The notes under the pieces are model-generated. The model made no database searches. It was not told where the DNA came from and saw only the letters and a program-made list of their open reading frames with translations. The translations under genes and the position numbers were made by a program. Below, piece after piece: positions 20,002-29,144 of a stretch of 64,000 nt of DNA; within the stretch, counting starts at the first letter, position 1, and the number at the start of each line of letters is the position of its first letter. The stretch spans positions 858 through 64,857 of the forward strand of contig JACQKQ010000033.1 in assembly GCA_016204465.1 (NCBI GenBank). Reading direction: 5' to 3'. This stretch comes from Candidatus Levyibacteriota bacterium (GTDB lineage Bacteria > Patescibacteriota > Microgenomatia > Levybacterales > UBA12049).

Positions 20002-20286
20002 TTAATAGCTCACCATCGGGATAGTAATAACTTGTTTGACGTGTAGGAAAAACAATAGTGTCTCAACGCCGACAATTGTAGCAGTAACAAGCAAAGTCTT
20101 TCGAAGGTCGGACAAGAGAAACGAAGATGTATACGTTTCTTCTATGTAGGAAAATGTTGCACCGGTATGCAGTTTTTTTGTAGCTTGCGTTAATGTAGGC
20201 GGCGGTTGTTGCAAAGGTTGCAAACCAACTCTTCGGCGAAGATCTGCAATAATTTTTTGTTGTCGAGTTTTTTTTGTCTTACTCAT
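20002..20286 (-). CDS. hypothetical small protein with C-terminal hydrophobic segment
   Basis: ORF only; no recognisable motif. Confidence 0.3.
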   Translation of the reverse strand: MSKTKKTRQQKIIADLRRRVGLQPLQQPPPTLTQATKKLHTGATFSYIEETYTSSFLLSDLRKTLLVTATIVGVETLLFFLHVKQVITIPMVSY

Positions 20287-20350
20287 CGCAATAAGGCAAA
20301 GATTACACTATTGACATAACTTGTGTCAAGAGGCTAATATAAAAATCACA

Positions 20351-20821
20351 ATGGTATTCAATTTACAAATTTTAGTTTTTGTTATTGGTTTTGCTTGGCT
20401 TATTATCCTTACCTTTTTTTATCTTCGACTTTATTCTCACTACAATAATTTAACTCGTGGAATGAGCAGTAAAACATTGCGTTCAATTCTTGAAGAGCTT
20501 CTCCAAGAAGTAAAAAGCGCACAAAAAGAAATTACAATGCTTGTTTTGCGATGTGATAAAATAGAACAACAGATTCTTTTGCATATTCAAAAAATTGGCC
20601 TCTTGCGATTTAATCCGTTTAAGGATACAGGGGGTAATCAAAGTTTTATCTTAACGCTTCTTGATGCTAATAATACAGGAGTTGTTATTTCTGGTTTGTA
20701 TTCCCGCTTGGGAACGCGGTGGTATGCAAAAGAAGTTATTGCAGGAAAAGGCGTAGATCATGAGTTATCAGAGGAGGAAAAACGGGCAATAAAAGAAGCA
20801 AAACAGTCCGTAAAGACATAA
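20351..20821 (+). CDS. DUF4446-like membrane-anchored protein
   Basis: N-terminal TM segment followed by IGLLRFNPFKDTGGNQSFILTLLDANNTGVVISGLYSR, the pattern typical of the DUF4446 family; start at the ATG at 20351. Confidence 0.5.
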   Translation: MVFNLQILVFVIGFAWLIILTFFYLRLYSHYNNLTRGMSSKTLRSILEELLQEVKSAQKEITMLVLRCDKIEQQILLHIQKIGLLRFNPFKDTGGNQSFILTLLDANNTGVVISGLYSRLGTRWYAKEVIAGKGVDHELSEEEKRAIKEAKQSVKT

Positions 20822-20827
20822 GAAGGT

Positions 20828-21994
20828 ATGAGTACTAAAACATTAACACTTATTGTTATTTCACTTATGATTTATGTTGTAAGTACAGGTATTTCCTACG
20901 TCGCATTCTCAAAAATTGCTTCGGTTGCTGTTTCTGTTGCGCCGCCAAATGTTGATACTAAATCAGGCGTAACAACATTTGATGACACATTGCCAAAAAC
21001 GCAAGAGTGTCCTCTAAACGGCGCGATGTATTCAAAAAAGCAGCGTGACTGGTGGGAGAAGCATCGACCGCTTGGAGTTATGGTTGAAAACCACCAGGAG
21101 TCCCGGCCGCAATCCGGTTTGTCATTTGCCGATGTAATCTACGAAATCGTTGCAGAGGGCGGCATTACACGATTTCTAGCTGTGTATTATTGTCAAGATG
21201 CAGGCCAAGTGGGGCCTGTTCGTTCTGCACGAACTTATTTTCTTGACTTTATTTCTGAATATGGAGATTTTCCACTTTATGCACATGTTGGCGGTGCAAA
21301 CACCCCAGGACCTGCAAATGCACTTGGGCAGATTGAAGATTACGAATGGGAAGGGTACAACGATCTTAACCAATTCTCAATTGGGTATCCTACATTCTGG
21401 CGAGATTACGATAGACTTGGACGATCTGTAGCAACAGAGCATACAATGTATTCTACAACGTCAAGGTTGTGGCAGTTTGCAGAAAAAAATAGGGAAGTAT
21501 CAGCAAAAGATTCAGAAGGAAATAAGTGGGATGAGGAATTTGTGCGATACGCTTTTAAGGACGATGCGCCGTCTCAAGAGAGAGAAGCATCGCAGAAAGT
21601 GGATGTTACCTTTTGGGATGGATACGATCAATATATGGTAACTTGGGAGTACGACAATGCAACAAATAGCTACAAACGAAAGAATGGCGGTTCCCCGCAA
21701 ACTGACAAAAACACAAATAGACAGTTGACAGCAAAAAATATTGTAGTATTATTCATGCAGGAGAATAATGCAAACGATGGGTATACCAATAATTTGCACT
21801 TACTCTATAAAACAAAAGGAAAAGGGAAGGCGGTTGTCTTTATGGACGGGAAGAAGATAGACGGGACTTGGGGTAAAGACAGTAGAACGGATAGAACAGT
21901 TATTTATGATAGGGTAGGTAAAAAAGTGGAATTTAACAAAGGGACATTGTGGTTTCAAGTCCTGCCCCTCGAAGGAGAGGTAGATGCTAGCTGA
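20828..21994 (+). CDS. DUF3048 (YerB-like) secreted/lipoprotein
   Basis: N-terminal signal/TM segment and the RPQSGLSFADVIYEIVAEGGITRFLAVYY motif typical of DUF3048. Confidence 0.5.
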   Translation: MSTKTLTLIVISLMIYVVSTGISYVAFSKIASVAVSVAPPNVDTKSGVTTFDDTLPKTQECPLNGAMYSKKQRDWWEKHRPLGVMVENHQESRPQSGLSFADVIYEIVAEGGITRFLAVYYCQDAGQVGPVRSARTYFLDFISEYGDFPLYAHVGGANTPGPANALGQIEDYEWEGYNDLNQFSIGYPTFWRDYDRLGRSVATEHTMYSTTSRLWQFAEKNREVSAKDSEGNKWDEEFVRYAFKDDAPSQEREASQKVDVTFWDGYDQYMVTWEYDNATNSYKRKNGGSPQTDKNTNRQLTAKNIVVLFMQENNANDGYTNNLHLLYKTKGKGKAVVFMDGKKIDGTWGKDSRTDRTVIYDRVGKKVEFNKGTLWFQVLPLEGEVDAS

Positions 21995-22559
21995 TCTGAT
22001 CACATCAAAGTCAAGAGTTACGCTACTACAGGTATTTCTTACAAACCCATTGGAGATGTACCATGTTAGGGAGTTGGTTCGAAGAACAGACGACGAAATT
22101 AACGCAGTCCGCCGCGAACTCTCTTATTTAGAAAAAAAAGGTATTTTAATCAAAGAACCGCGCGCAAACCGGGTGTATTACTCCTTGTCAAAATCATATC
22201 CGTTTTACTACGATCTCTTAACGCTTGGCTCAAAGATTATTGGACTTGGAGCTGGGGTCTTACGAAACCGCGTGAAACTAGGAAAAGTTAAATATGCAAT
22301 GTTTTCTGGGAAATTTGTTCGTCGCTTACAAAAAGGAGGAGACGAAGTTGATTTTTTAATGGTTGGGACAATTGTTCTTCCAGAACTAGCGCTTCTTATA
22401 AAAAGTGAAGAAAAGCGATTAGGAATGGAGATCAATTATACGGTTATGTCTGAAGACGAATTTAATTTTCGAAAAAGACGACACGACCCGTTTATTCTTT
22501 CTATCCTCACAGGGTCAAGGGTAATGCTTATTGGAGATGAGGAAACAATGCTTGCCTAA
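21984..22559 (+). CDS. winged-HTH transcriptional regulator with a nucleotidyltransferase-like C-terminal region
   Basis: N-terminal wHTH-like segment (VRELVRRTDDEINAVRRELSYLEKKGILIKEP); weak. Confidence 0.35.
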   Translation: MLADLITSKSRVTLLQVFLTNPLEMYHVRELVRRTDDEINAVRRELSYLEKKGILIKEPRANRVYYSLSKSYPFYYDLLTLGSKIIGLGAGVLRNRVKLGKVKYAMFSGKFVRRLQKGGDEVDFLMVGTIVLPELALLIKSEEKRLGMEINYTVMSEDEFNFRKRRHDPFILSILTGSRVMLIGDEETMLA

Positions 22560-22605
22560 GTTGTCCAATTGACAAGCATTCCATTTTTGGCTAGGCTATT
22601 GTGTT

Positions 22606-23946
22606 ATGAGCAATCCCCGGTTTCTATTTTACTTTATTATTATTCTCACAATTGTTGCAGTAATTACTATCTTTCCCAAGGAATTTCGTATTGATATTGG
22701 GAATTTCCACAAAACAGTCTATGGGATTAAGCCAGATTTTTTCATCGGTCCACTTCGTATACATAAAGACCTTTCTTTCCAAAAAGGGCTTGATTTGGAA
22801 GGAGGAGTCAGTGTTACTTACAAAGCTGATACTGCAAAAATTCCGTCATACCAACAACAAGATGCAGTGGATAGCGCAAAAACAGTAATTCAGAGACGCA
22901 TAGACTATTTAGGTGTTCGTGAACCACTTATTCAAACAGCAAAAGTAAATAATGAATACCGCATCATCGTTGAAATTCCCGGGATTTCAGATGTAAACCA
23001 AGCAATAAATCTCATTGGCAAAACAGCGCAACTTACTTTTTGGGAAGAGGGTGCGTCAGGATCGGCTAAACTTAATTCAGAGACACTTCCTTTGGGAGTA
23101 ACACAGATCTTTCAAAACCCTAAGCAGACTAATCTTTCAGGAAGCGATCTTGCGCGGTCAACCGTTACGTTTGATCCAAACACTGGTGAGCCGCAAGTAC
23201 AGCTTACCTTTTCATCAGAAGGAGCAAAAAAATTTGCAGATATTACAAAACGAAATGTAAGCAAACCGGTAGCCATTGTATTGGACAACCAAGTTATTCA
23301 AGCACCTACAGTACAAACCGTTATTGCCGATGGGAATGCAGTTATCACCGGTGGTTTCACAACAGAGCAAGCTAAGGCATTAAGCATTCAGCTTAATGCC
23401 GGTGCGCTTCCGATACCGCTTAGCATTCTTGAGCAACATACTGTCGGTGCAACGCTTGGCGAAGCTTCTCTTCAAAATAGCCTTTTTGCCGCAATTCTAG
23501 GATTTGTAATAATTATTTTCTTTATGGGTATTTTGTATGGAAGACTTGGTATCATTGCAAGCTTTGCGCTGTTTCTGTACACACTCTACGTTTTAGCTTT
23601 ATTTAAACTTATCCCAGTCACTTTAACGCTTGCAGGAATTGCTGGGTTTATTTTGTCAATCGGCATGGCTGTTGATGCCAATATCTTAATATTTGAGAGA
23701 ATGCGAGAAGAGTTACGGCGTGGAAAGCAGCGCAACGTCGCAATTGAGCTAGGCTTTACCAGAGCTTGGACATCAATTCGTGACTCAAACATCTCAAGCC
23801 TTATCACAAGCGCCATCCTTTACTATTTTGGAACAGGTATTGTACGAGGATTTGCAGTAACACTTGCAATTGGCGTTTTGGTATCGATGTTTTCGGCGAT
23901 TATTGTTACGAGAACATTTCTTAGGTTAATATACAAGGAAAATTGA
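22606..23946 (+). CDS. secD: protein translocase subunit SecD
   Basis: GLDLEGGVSVTYKAD periplasmic motif and C-terminal 6-TM SecDF domain (MAVDANILIFERMREE). Confidence 0.9.
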   Translation: MSNPRFLFYFIIILTIVAVITIFPKEFRIDIGNFHKTVYGIKPDFFIGPLRIHKDLSFQKGLDLEGGVSVTYKADTAKIPSYQQQDAVDSAKTVIQRRIDYLGVREPLIQTAKVNNEYRIIVEIPGISDVNQAINLIGKTAQLTFWEEGASGSAKLNSETLPLGVTQIFQNPKQTNLSGSDLARSTVTFDPNTGEPQVQLTFSSEGAKKFADITKRNVSKPVAIVLDNQVIQAPTVQTVIADGNAVITGGFTTEQAKALSIQLNAGALPIPLSILEQHTVGATLGEASLQNSLFAAILGFVIIIFFMGILYGRLGIIASFALFLYTLYVLALFKLIPVTLTLAGIAGFILSIGMAVDANILIFERMREELRRGKQRNVAIELGFTRAWTSIRDSNISSLITSAILYYFGTGIVRGFAVTLAIGVLVSMFSAIIVTRTFLRLIYKEN

Positions 23947-24023
23947 TCTAATTGCTCTAATTAACCTAATTTTAAACAATTTGGGCATTGGGATTTGATT
24001 AGATCAATTAGAAATTTTGGAAT

Positions 24024-24929
24024 ATGAATATTATTAAAAATAAGAAAATTTTCTTTGCGATTTCATTATTGGTAATGATTCCGGGAATAATCTCGCTTTT
24101 GCTGTTTGGTTTGAAACTGTCCATTGATTTTACTGGAGGAAGCAAAATAGAATATCAAATTTCAAATATCAAATTTCAAATATCAAATACAGAATTACAA
24201 AAATTAATAAAAGAAAAAGGAGTAGATGTAGGTTCAATACAGACTGCGGAAGGAAATCGATATATTGTTCGAACAAAGCCAATTGATCAGAAAAAATATA
24301 CGGAAGTAACAAACGCATTAAAAAATAAATATAAAGATTTGAAAGAAATTAGTTTTCAGACAGTCGGTCCAACGATTGGGAAAGAAACAACAGTAAATGC
24401 CGTAAAATCCGTTGTGTTTGCCTCGGTACTTATTATTTTCTATATAGCGTGGTCATTTCGAAAAGTACCAAAGCCGGCGAGCAGTTGGCGGTTTGGGGTA
24501 TGTGCTATTGTCGCGCTACTCCACGACGTGCTGGTTGTAATTGGTGTGTTTTCTCTACTTGGATATTTCTTAAGCGTTGAGATAGACAGTCTTTTTGTGA
24601 CAGCATTACTTACAATTATTGGTTTCTCTGTCCATGATACGATTGTCGTGTTTGACAGAATCCGCGAAAACTTGCGTAGAATGCCAGATGTTGCATTTCC
24701 AAAGATTGTCAACGAGTCAATCCTACAGACAATGGTGCGGTCGCTAAATACGTCGTTTACCACTCTTTTGGTACTGTTCACCCTTTTTCTTTTTGGGGGA
24801 GAGAGCACAAAGTGGTTTATGGTTGCTCTCATAGTTGGTATCACAAGCGGCACGTATTCCTCAATCTTCAACGCTGCTCCGCTTCTGGTTGTATGGCATG
24901 AGTGGAACACGCGAGGAAAGTTAAGTTAA
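24024..24929 (+). CDS. secF: protein translocase subunit SecF
   Basis: IDFTGGSKIEY start region, conserved SecF TM domain, follows secD. Confidence 0.9.
   Translation: MNIIKNKKIFFAISLLVMIPGIISLLLFGLKLSIDFTGGSKIEYQISNIKFQISNTELQKLIKEKGVDVGSIQTAEGNRYIVRTKPIDQKKYTEVTNALKNKYKDLKEISFQTVGPTIGKETTVNAVKSVVFASVLIIFYIAWSFRKVPKPASSWRFGVCAIVALLHDVLVVIGVFSLLGYFLSVEIDSLFVTALLTIIGFSVHDTIVVFDRIRENLRRMPDVAFPKIVNESILQTMVRSLNTSFTTLLVLFTLFLFGGESTKWFMVALIVGITSGTYSSIFNAAPLLVVWHEWNTRGKLS
24154..24188 (+). repeat. 5 x 7-nt tandem repeat (ATCAAAT/TTCAAAT) inside secF, sharing an identical 28-nt stretch with the sufS tract
   Basis: Perfect heptamer periodicity; encodes YQISNIKFQISNT. Confidence 0.8.
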
Positions 24930-25372
24930 ATCTTTTCTTTCACAATTTTACTCACTAAGCTGCCGTCTGCTTTGCCTTTCACTTTTGCCATTACTGCTCC
25001 CATTAATTTGCCCATGTCTGCGACTGACGTCGCACCGATCTCGCTGATTGTTTTTTCAACGATTATACGGATTTCTTCCTCATTCATTTGCGCGGGTAGA
25101 TAGGTTTGGAGAATTTCTAGTTCTTTTGTTTCTTTGTCTACCAAATCCTGGCGTCCGCCTGCTTTGAATTGTTCGATCGAATCTTTTCGCTGCTTGACTT
25201 CTTTCTGAATCATTGCGAGAACATCCCCTTCTGTTGCTTCATATCCTGCTCCGCCCTTTTGAATTTCAAAATAGTTTATTGCTGACAACAGCATTCGCAG
25301 CACCGACGTTTTTAACGCATCTTTTGCCAGCATTGACTGTTTGAGTTCATTTTGTAAGTCTTGTTTTGTCAT
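24926..25372 (-). CDS. GatB/YqeY domain protein
   Basis: MTKQDLQNELKQSMLAKDALKTSVLRMLLSAINYFEIQKG matches the YqeY N-terminus. Confidence 0.8.
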   Translation of the reverse strand: MTKQDLQNELKQSMLAKDALKTSVLRMLLSAINYFEIQKGGAGYEATEGDVLAMIQKEVKQRKDSIEQFKAGGRQDLVDKETKELEILQTYLPAQMNEEEIRIIVEKTISEIGATSVADMGKLMGAVMAKVKGKADGSLVSKIVKEKI

Positions 25373-26190
25373 ATTAACCTTCCAAGACCAATTTTTTTAC
25401 TTTTGTTAAACATGAAGACAAAGAACCATAGCGATAATAGCAAATACGGTATATTTAATGCAAAACCAATAAAAAGTTTCTCTGCCGGAAAATATCCCTT
25501 AAAGAGTACATCCCGCATGCCTTCAAAAATATGACTCGGCGGTAAAACCAATGCAATCTTTTGGGCCCAATTAGGTAAGATGGAAAGCGGGTAATAAAGT
25601 GCGGAAAATGGCGCAATAAGCGCAACGCCTGTCCAAGCTGCTGTTTGGATTTTTATGCCGTACCGAACGATAAAGCCTGCAACTATAAAACCTGCTGACC
25701 AGCCGAAAAGCAAAAGACCTATTGTTATAGGAAGTAATTGTAAGCCAAACATAAATATATTGTATTGATAAAATATGAACGCTATAATTGCCGAGAAAGA
25801 AAGGCTAATAATCATCTTGATAAACCCGACAATAATAAGCGATGTAATCCATTCCCAAATGGTGAGTGGTGAAGCAACGACATTTACCAAATTTTTATCC
25901 CACATTTCAGAGAGGATGTTGACATTAATTTCATACTGCGCACGCCAGATAATAATCCAAAAGACTAATCCATTTAGAATAACAAAAATGAGCTCTTTGC
26001 TGTTATTACTTAACGTTGCTAGGTATAAGCCTGTAAGACCCCAAATAAATAAGTCCATTGCAGGCCAATAGAACATATCACTTAGCCTATCTAAGTTATG
26101 GCGAAGATATAAAAAATAGCGATATACCATCGCGGCTATTCTATGACGGCTCATCGTTTTTCTCCCTTCTAATAATATCAAGGAATACAT
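25369..26190 (-). CDS. ABC-2 type exporter permease
   Basis: Polytopic membrane protein translationally coupled to the upstream ABC ATPase. Confidence 0.65.
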   Translation of the reverse strand: MYSLILLEGRKTMSRHRIAAMVYRYFLYLRHNLDRLSDMFYWPAMDLFIWGLTGLYLATLSNNSKELIFVILNGLVFWIIIWRAQYEINVNILSEMWDKNLVNVVASPLTIWEWITSLIIVGFIKMIISLSFSAIIAFIFYQYNIFMFGLQLLPITIGLLLFGWSAGFIVAGFIVRYGIKIQTAAWTGVALIAPFSALYYPLSILPNWAQKIALVLPPSHIFEGMRDVLFKGYFPAEKLFIGFALNIPYLLLSLWFFVFMFNKSKKIGLGRLI

Positions 26191-27073
26191 CTTCTAAATC
26201 AGGCTTGTTGATGCTAATTTCCTCATAATCTATTTTTTCCGAAGCTAGTAGCATAAGGAAATCTGCGATGTTTCGTTCATCAAGAACAATGGTAAAATTA
26301 TGTCTATCAGAACGAAATGGAATCTCTTTTTCTTCAAAAAATGCAAGCACCCTTTTATTATCTTTGATTATTTTTAGTTCTAGCTTGCATGTTGATATTT
26401 GCTTTGTAAGATTCTCCGGCGTGTCTTCTATAGTGACTTTTCCTTTTTGGATAATAATAACCCTATCGCACATTTCTTCAACTTCGGCCATATTATGAGA
26501 AGTAAAAAGCATACTTACGTTATACTCTCGTTTTTCCTTTTTTAGAAAGTTTCTTATTTTAACCGCTATTTCAGGATCTAGGCTTGCTGTTGGTTCGTCT
26601 AATAGTAAAATCTTTGGATAGTTAAGAAACGATTTTGTTAGTAAGAGGCGAGTTTTTTCACCCTCCGAGAGCATAAAGAATTGCTTTTTTACCATGTGGT
26701 CTAGTTCAAATTCCCTAAGTAGTTTCTCAATTCTTTTATTCTTGTCAGGTATTTGATAGAGCATGGCAAAAATGTTAAGAATTTCCAAGACAGTAAAATG
26801 CCATGGAAGACTTATGTAAGTAGAAGAGAAATTCACAAGCTGCAGAATTTCTTCCCTGTGCTTTTTGAACTGTTTTCCGAAATAAACGATATCTCCGCTA
26901 GTTGATTCCATAACTCCCAAAAGCATCTGGATCGTTGTTGTTTTTCCAGCTCCGTTAGGACCAAGAAGACCCAAAACCTCACCCTCTTTAAGAAAAAAGG
27001 AAATATCATCAACCGCAGTAAATTCGCCGAACTTTTTTGTAAGATTTTTTACTTTCAATACAATCTCTGCCAT
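26141..27073 (-). CDS. ABC transporter ATP-binding protein
   Basis: Walker [11 protein letters not shown], signature LSEGEKTRL, Walker B LLLDEPTASLD. Confidence 0.85.
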   Translation of the reverse strand: MAEIVLKVKNLTKKFGEFTAVDDISFFLKEGEVLGLLGPNGAGKTTTIQMLLGVMESTSGDIVYFGKQFKKHREEILQLVNFSSTYISLPWHFTVLEILNIFAMLYQIPDKNKRIEKLLREFELDHMVKKQFFMLSEGEKTRLLLTKSFLNYPKILLLDEPTASLDPEIAVKIRNFLKKEKREYNVSMLFTSHNMAEVEEMCDRVIIIQKGKVTIEDTPENLTKQISTCKLELKIIKDNKRVLAFFEEKEIPFRSDRHNFTIVLDERNIADFLMLLASEKIDYEEISINKPDLEDVFLDIIRREKNDEPS

Positions 27074-27202
27074 AGTAGGTATATCTTATGGGAATTATAA
27101 GTAAAACGCAATAAATATATACGTTTTTATTGGTATAATTAACGACTAATACTTTTGAGAATAAGTGTATGCAGGCAAAAGAAATGATATTGCAATTCAT
27201 AT

Positions 27203-27230
27203 CTGTACCGTAGACTAGACAACGGTACAG
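27203..27230. terminator. perfect 8-bp inverted repeat hairpin (CTGTACCG-12 nt-CGGTACAG) just downstream of the TrpR-like gene
   Basis: Read directly from the sequence. The loop contains CTAGACAACGG, which is also found upstream of the same gene. Confidence 0.4.
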
Positions 27231-27233
27231 ATA

Positions 27234-27674
27234 CTACCGTAGAACTTTTTTTCGTGTAAATCCAGTATATTGTTTTTTCTTAAAGACTAGTGTTGATCCG
27301 CCAATAGTTTCGTATTTCTTCTTTGCATATTCCGATTCTATTTTTTTACTTCTCTTTTGTATTAATTCAAGCCAATTAGAATCGAGATCCAAATTTTTCA
27401 TTACAGATGTAATGGTGGCTTTGCCAACTTTTAGCATTTTGCTAATTTCGTCAAAACCAAATCCATCAACGACGTATTCGGCAATAAGTATTCTTCTTCC
27501 AATTTTAATTTTTTCGTCGTGTGTTAAAATTCCTTTAATAATTTCTTCAACCTCCTTACCATCTTTTGCGGCAAGGAATGCTTCACGCAATCGGTTAAGC
27601 GCTTCGAACACATCCTCTTTTGTAAGGAATTTATATCTTCTCATGAAAGTTTTGTTGTCTAGACAACGGAACAA
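27234..27674 (-). CDS. TrpR-like DNA-binding protein (YerC/YecD family)
   Basis: KIKIGRRILIAEYVVDGFGFDEISKMLKVGKATITSV HTH region. The ORF-track start is a TTG; the ATG at 27642-27644 is the likely real start. Confidence 0.55.
   Translation of the reverse strand: MFRCLDNKTFMRRYKFLTKEDVFEALNRLREAFLAAKDGKEVEEIIKGILTHDEKIKIGRRILIAEYVVDGFGFDEISKMLKVGKATITSVMKNLDLDSNWLELIQKRSKKIESEYAKKKYETIGGSTLVFKKKQYTGFTRKKVLR
27654..27667. promoter_or_regulatory. perfect 14-bp palindrome GTTGTCTAGACAAC 10-23 nt upstream of the TrpR-like ATG (putative autoregulatory operator)
   Basis: Seen in the sequence; shares the 11-mer CTAGACAACGG with the downstream hairpin loop at 27215-27225. Confidence 0.4.
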
Positions 27675-27741
27675 TTGATTTAAAATTATTTTGTCTTACG
27701 TTTTTATAGATGCTTTACCAATCTTTTAATTTTTAATTATA

Positions 27742-29136
27742 TTAACTACTACTAATTTCTTTCATACGTTTAATCAAATACTCGCGATTATTTTTTGATA
27801 AATCTTCATCCACTTCTTCGAAAAGTTTTTGCAGTATTTCACCCACCTTTGGACAGGGTTTTATATTGAGCTCTCTCATTACATCATTCCCATCAACTGC
27901 CATATCTTCTACAGAAAATGGTTTTGGTTGCAGCTGTTTCTCAATTCGCTTCTTAAATAACTTTAGTCTCCAACTTTCGGCAGTTTGCGTTCCTCCTCCT
28001 AAACGATCGCCAATACGTAAATCCATTATGTCTTTCACATTTTCAACACCTACCCGTCGAATAAATCGTCTGACCGCCGCATCGGTTATTTTCTCGTCAA
28101 CAGTAAACATGTGCCACCTAACAAGATTCACAATTCGCTCTCGATCTTTTTTTGAAAACTTAAGCCGGTCGCAAATGTTTCGTACTATCCTTGCTCCTAC
28201 AACTTCGTGATTATAAAATGTTACAAGCCCCTGTTCGTCTTTACCAATAACACGCGGTTTTCCCGCATCGTGCAGAAGTGTTGCAAATCTAACGATTGAA
28301 TCTCGTGAAGGGCAGAACTTAAGCGAGAGCACATTATGTGTAAATACATCGGCTGTATGGTGCCGGCCAGGCCTAGCTTGTGAAACCCCGACACCTTCAA
28401 GCAATTCTGGCAAGATATGATCCAAAAGTGCAGAATTTCGCAATAATATTACTCCATCGTACGGATAATCACTGCTAAGAATACGAAGCAGCTCATTTCT
28501 TATACGTTCTGCCGATATGTGCGTAATTAGCTTGGCATCCGCAGTGATTGCACTCCAGGTTTTTTCTTCGATGGTAAAGGAAATTTCGGTTGCAATACGA
28601 ACGGCGCGCAGGAGTCGCAACGCATCTTCTTTGAAACGTTTATCTGGCTCTCCGACAGCTTTGATAATTTTGCTTTCAATATCTTTTTTGCCTTTATATG
28701 GATCAATAAGATTGGTCGTTAGTCGTTGGTCGTTCGTCGTTAGCGAAAGGGCGATTGCGTTTATGGTAAAATCACGGCGGGATAAGTCTTCTTCAATAGT
28801 TTTTCCCCATGCAACTTTGTCTGGACGTCTTTTGTCTCCGTAGCCGTGCTCTGTTCGAAACGTTGTAACCTCGACAACCTGTTCCTTATCTTCAACTTTA
28901 ATAGGTAGACCTACAGTCCCGAATGTGTTATCATAGAAACCGCTAGGAAAGAGTTTAAGAATGTCCTCTGGTTTTGCATTTGTTGCAAAGTCCCAGTCCT
29001 TGATAGGTATATCCATGAGGAGGTTGCGTACACATCCGCCAACAAAGAATATTTCAAGCTTATTCTCTGTGAATTTTTTGTAGACTTCGATGAGTTCTTT
29101 AGGAATACGTTTAATCATCTGTTTATAGTATAACAA
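27742..29136 (-). CDS. cca: CCA-adding tRNA nucleotidyltransferase with HD domain
   Basis: N-terminal polymerase-beta head (FFVGGCVRNLLMDIPIKDWDFATNAKPED) and HD motif (LLHDAGKP). Confidence 0.85.
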   Translation of the reverse strand: MLYYKQMIKRIPKELIEVYKKFTENKLEIFFVGGCVRNLLMDIPIKDWDFATNAKPEDILKLFPSGFYDNTFGTVGLPIKVEDKEQVVEVTTFRTEHGYGDKRRPDKVAWGKTIEEDLSRRDFTINAIALSLTTNDQRLTTNLIDPYKGKKDIESKIIKAVGEPDKRFKEDALRLLRAVRIATEISFTIEEKTWSAITADAKLITHISAERIRNELLRILSSDYPYDGVILLRNSALLDHILPELLEGVGVSQARPGRHHTADVFTHNVLSLKFCPSRDSIVRFATLLHDAGKPRVIGKDEQGLVTFYNHEVVGARIVRNICDRLKFSKKDRERIVNLVRWHMFTVDEKITDAAVRRFIRRVGVENVKDIMDLRIGDRLGGGTQTAESWRLKLFKKRIEKQLQPKPFSVEDMAVDGNDVMRELNIKPCPKVGEILQKLFEEVDEDLSKNNREYLIKRMKEISSS

Positions 29137-29144
29137 ATTAGCCT

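Noticed and set aside
14443-24188. Possibility that the heptamer tracts are CRISPR arrays
   Set aside because: The units are 7 nt with no spacers, the tracts lie in frame inside conserved genes, and there are no cas genes in the window.
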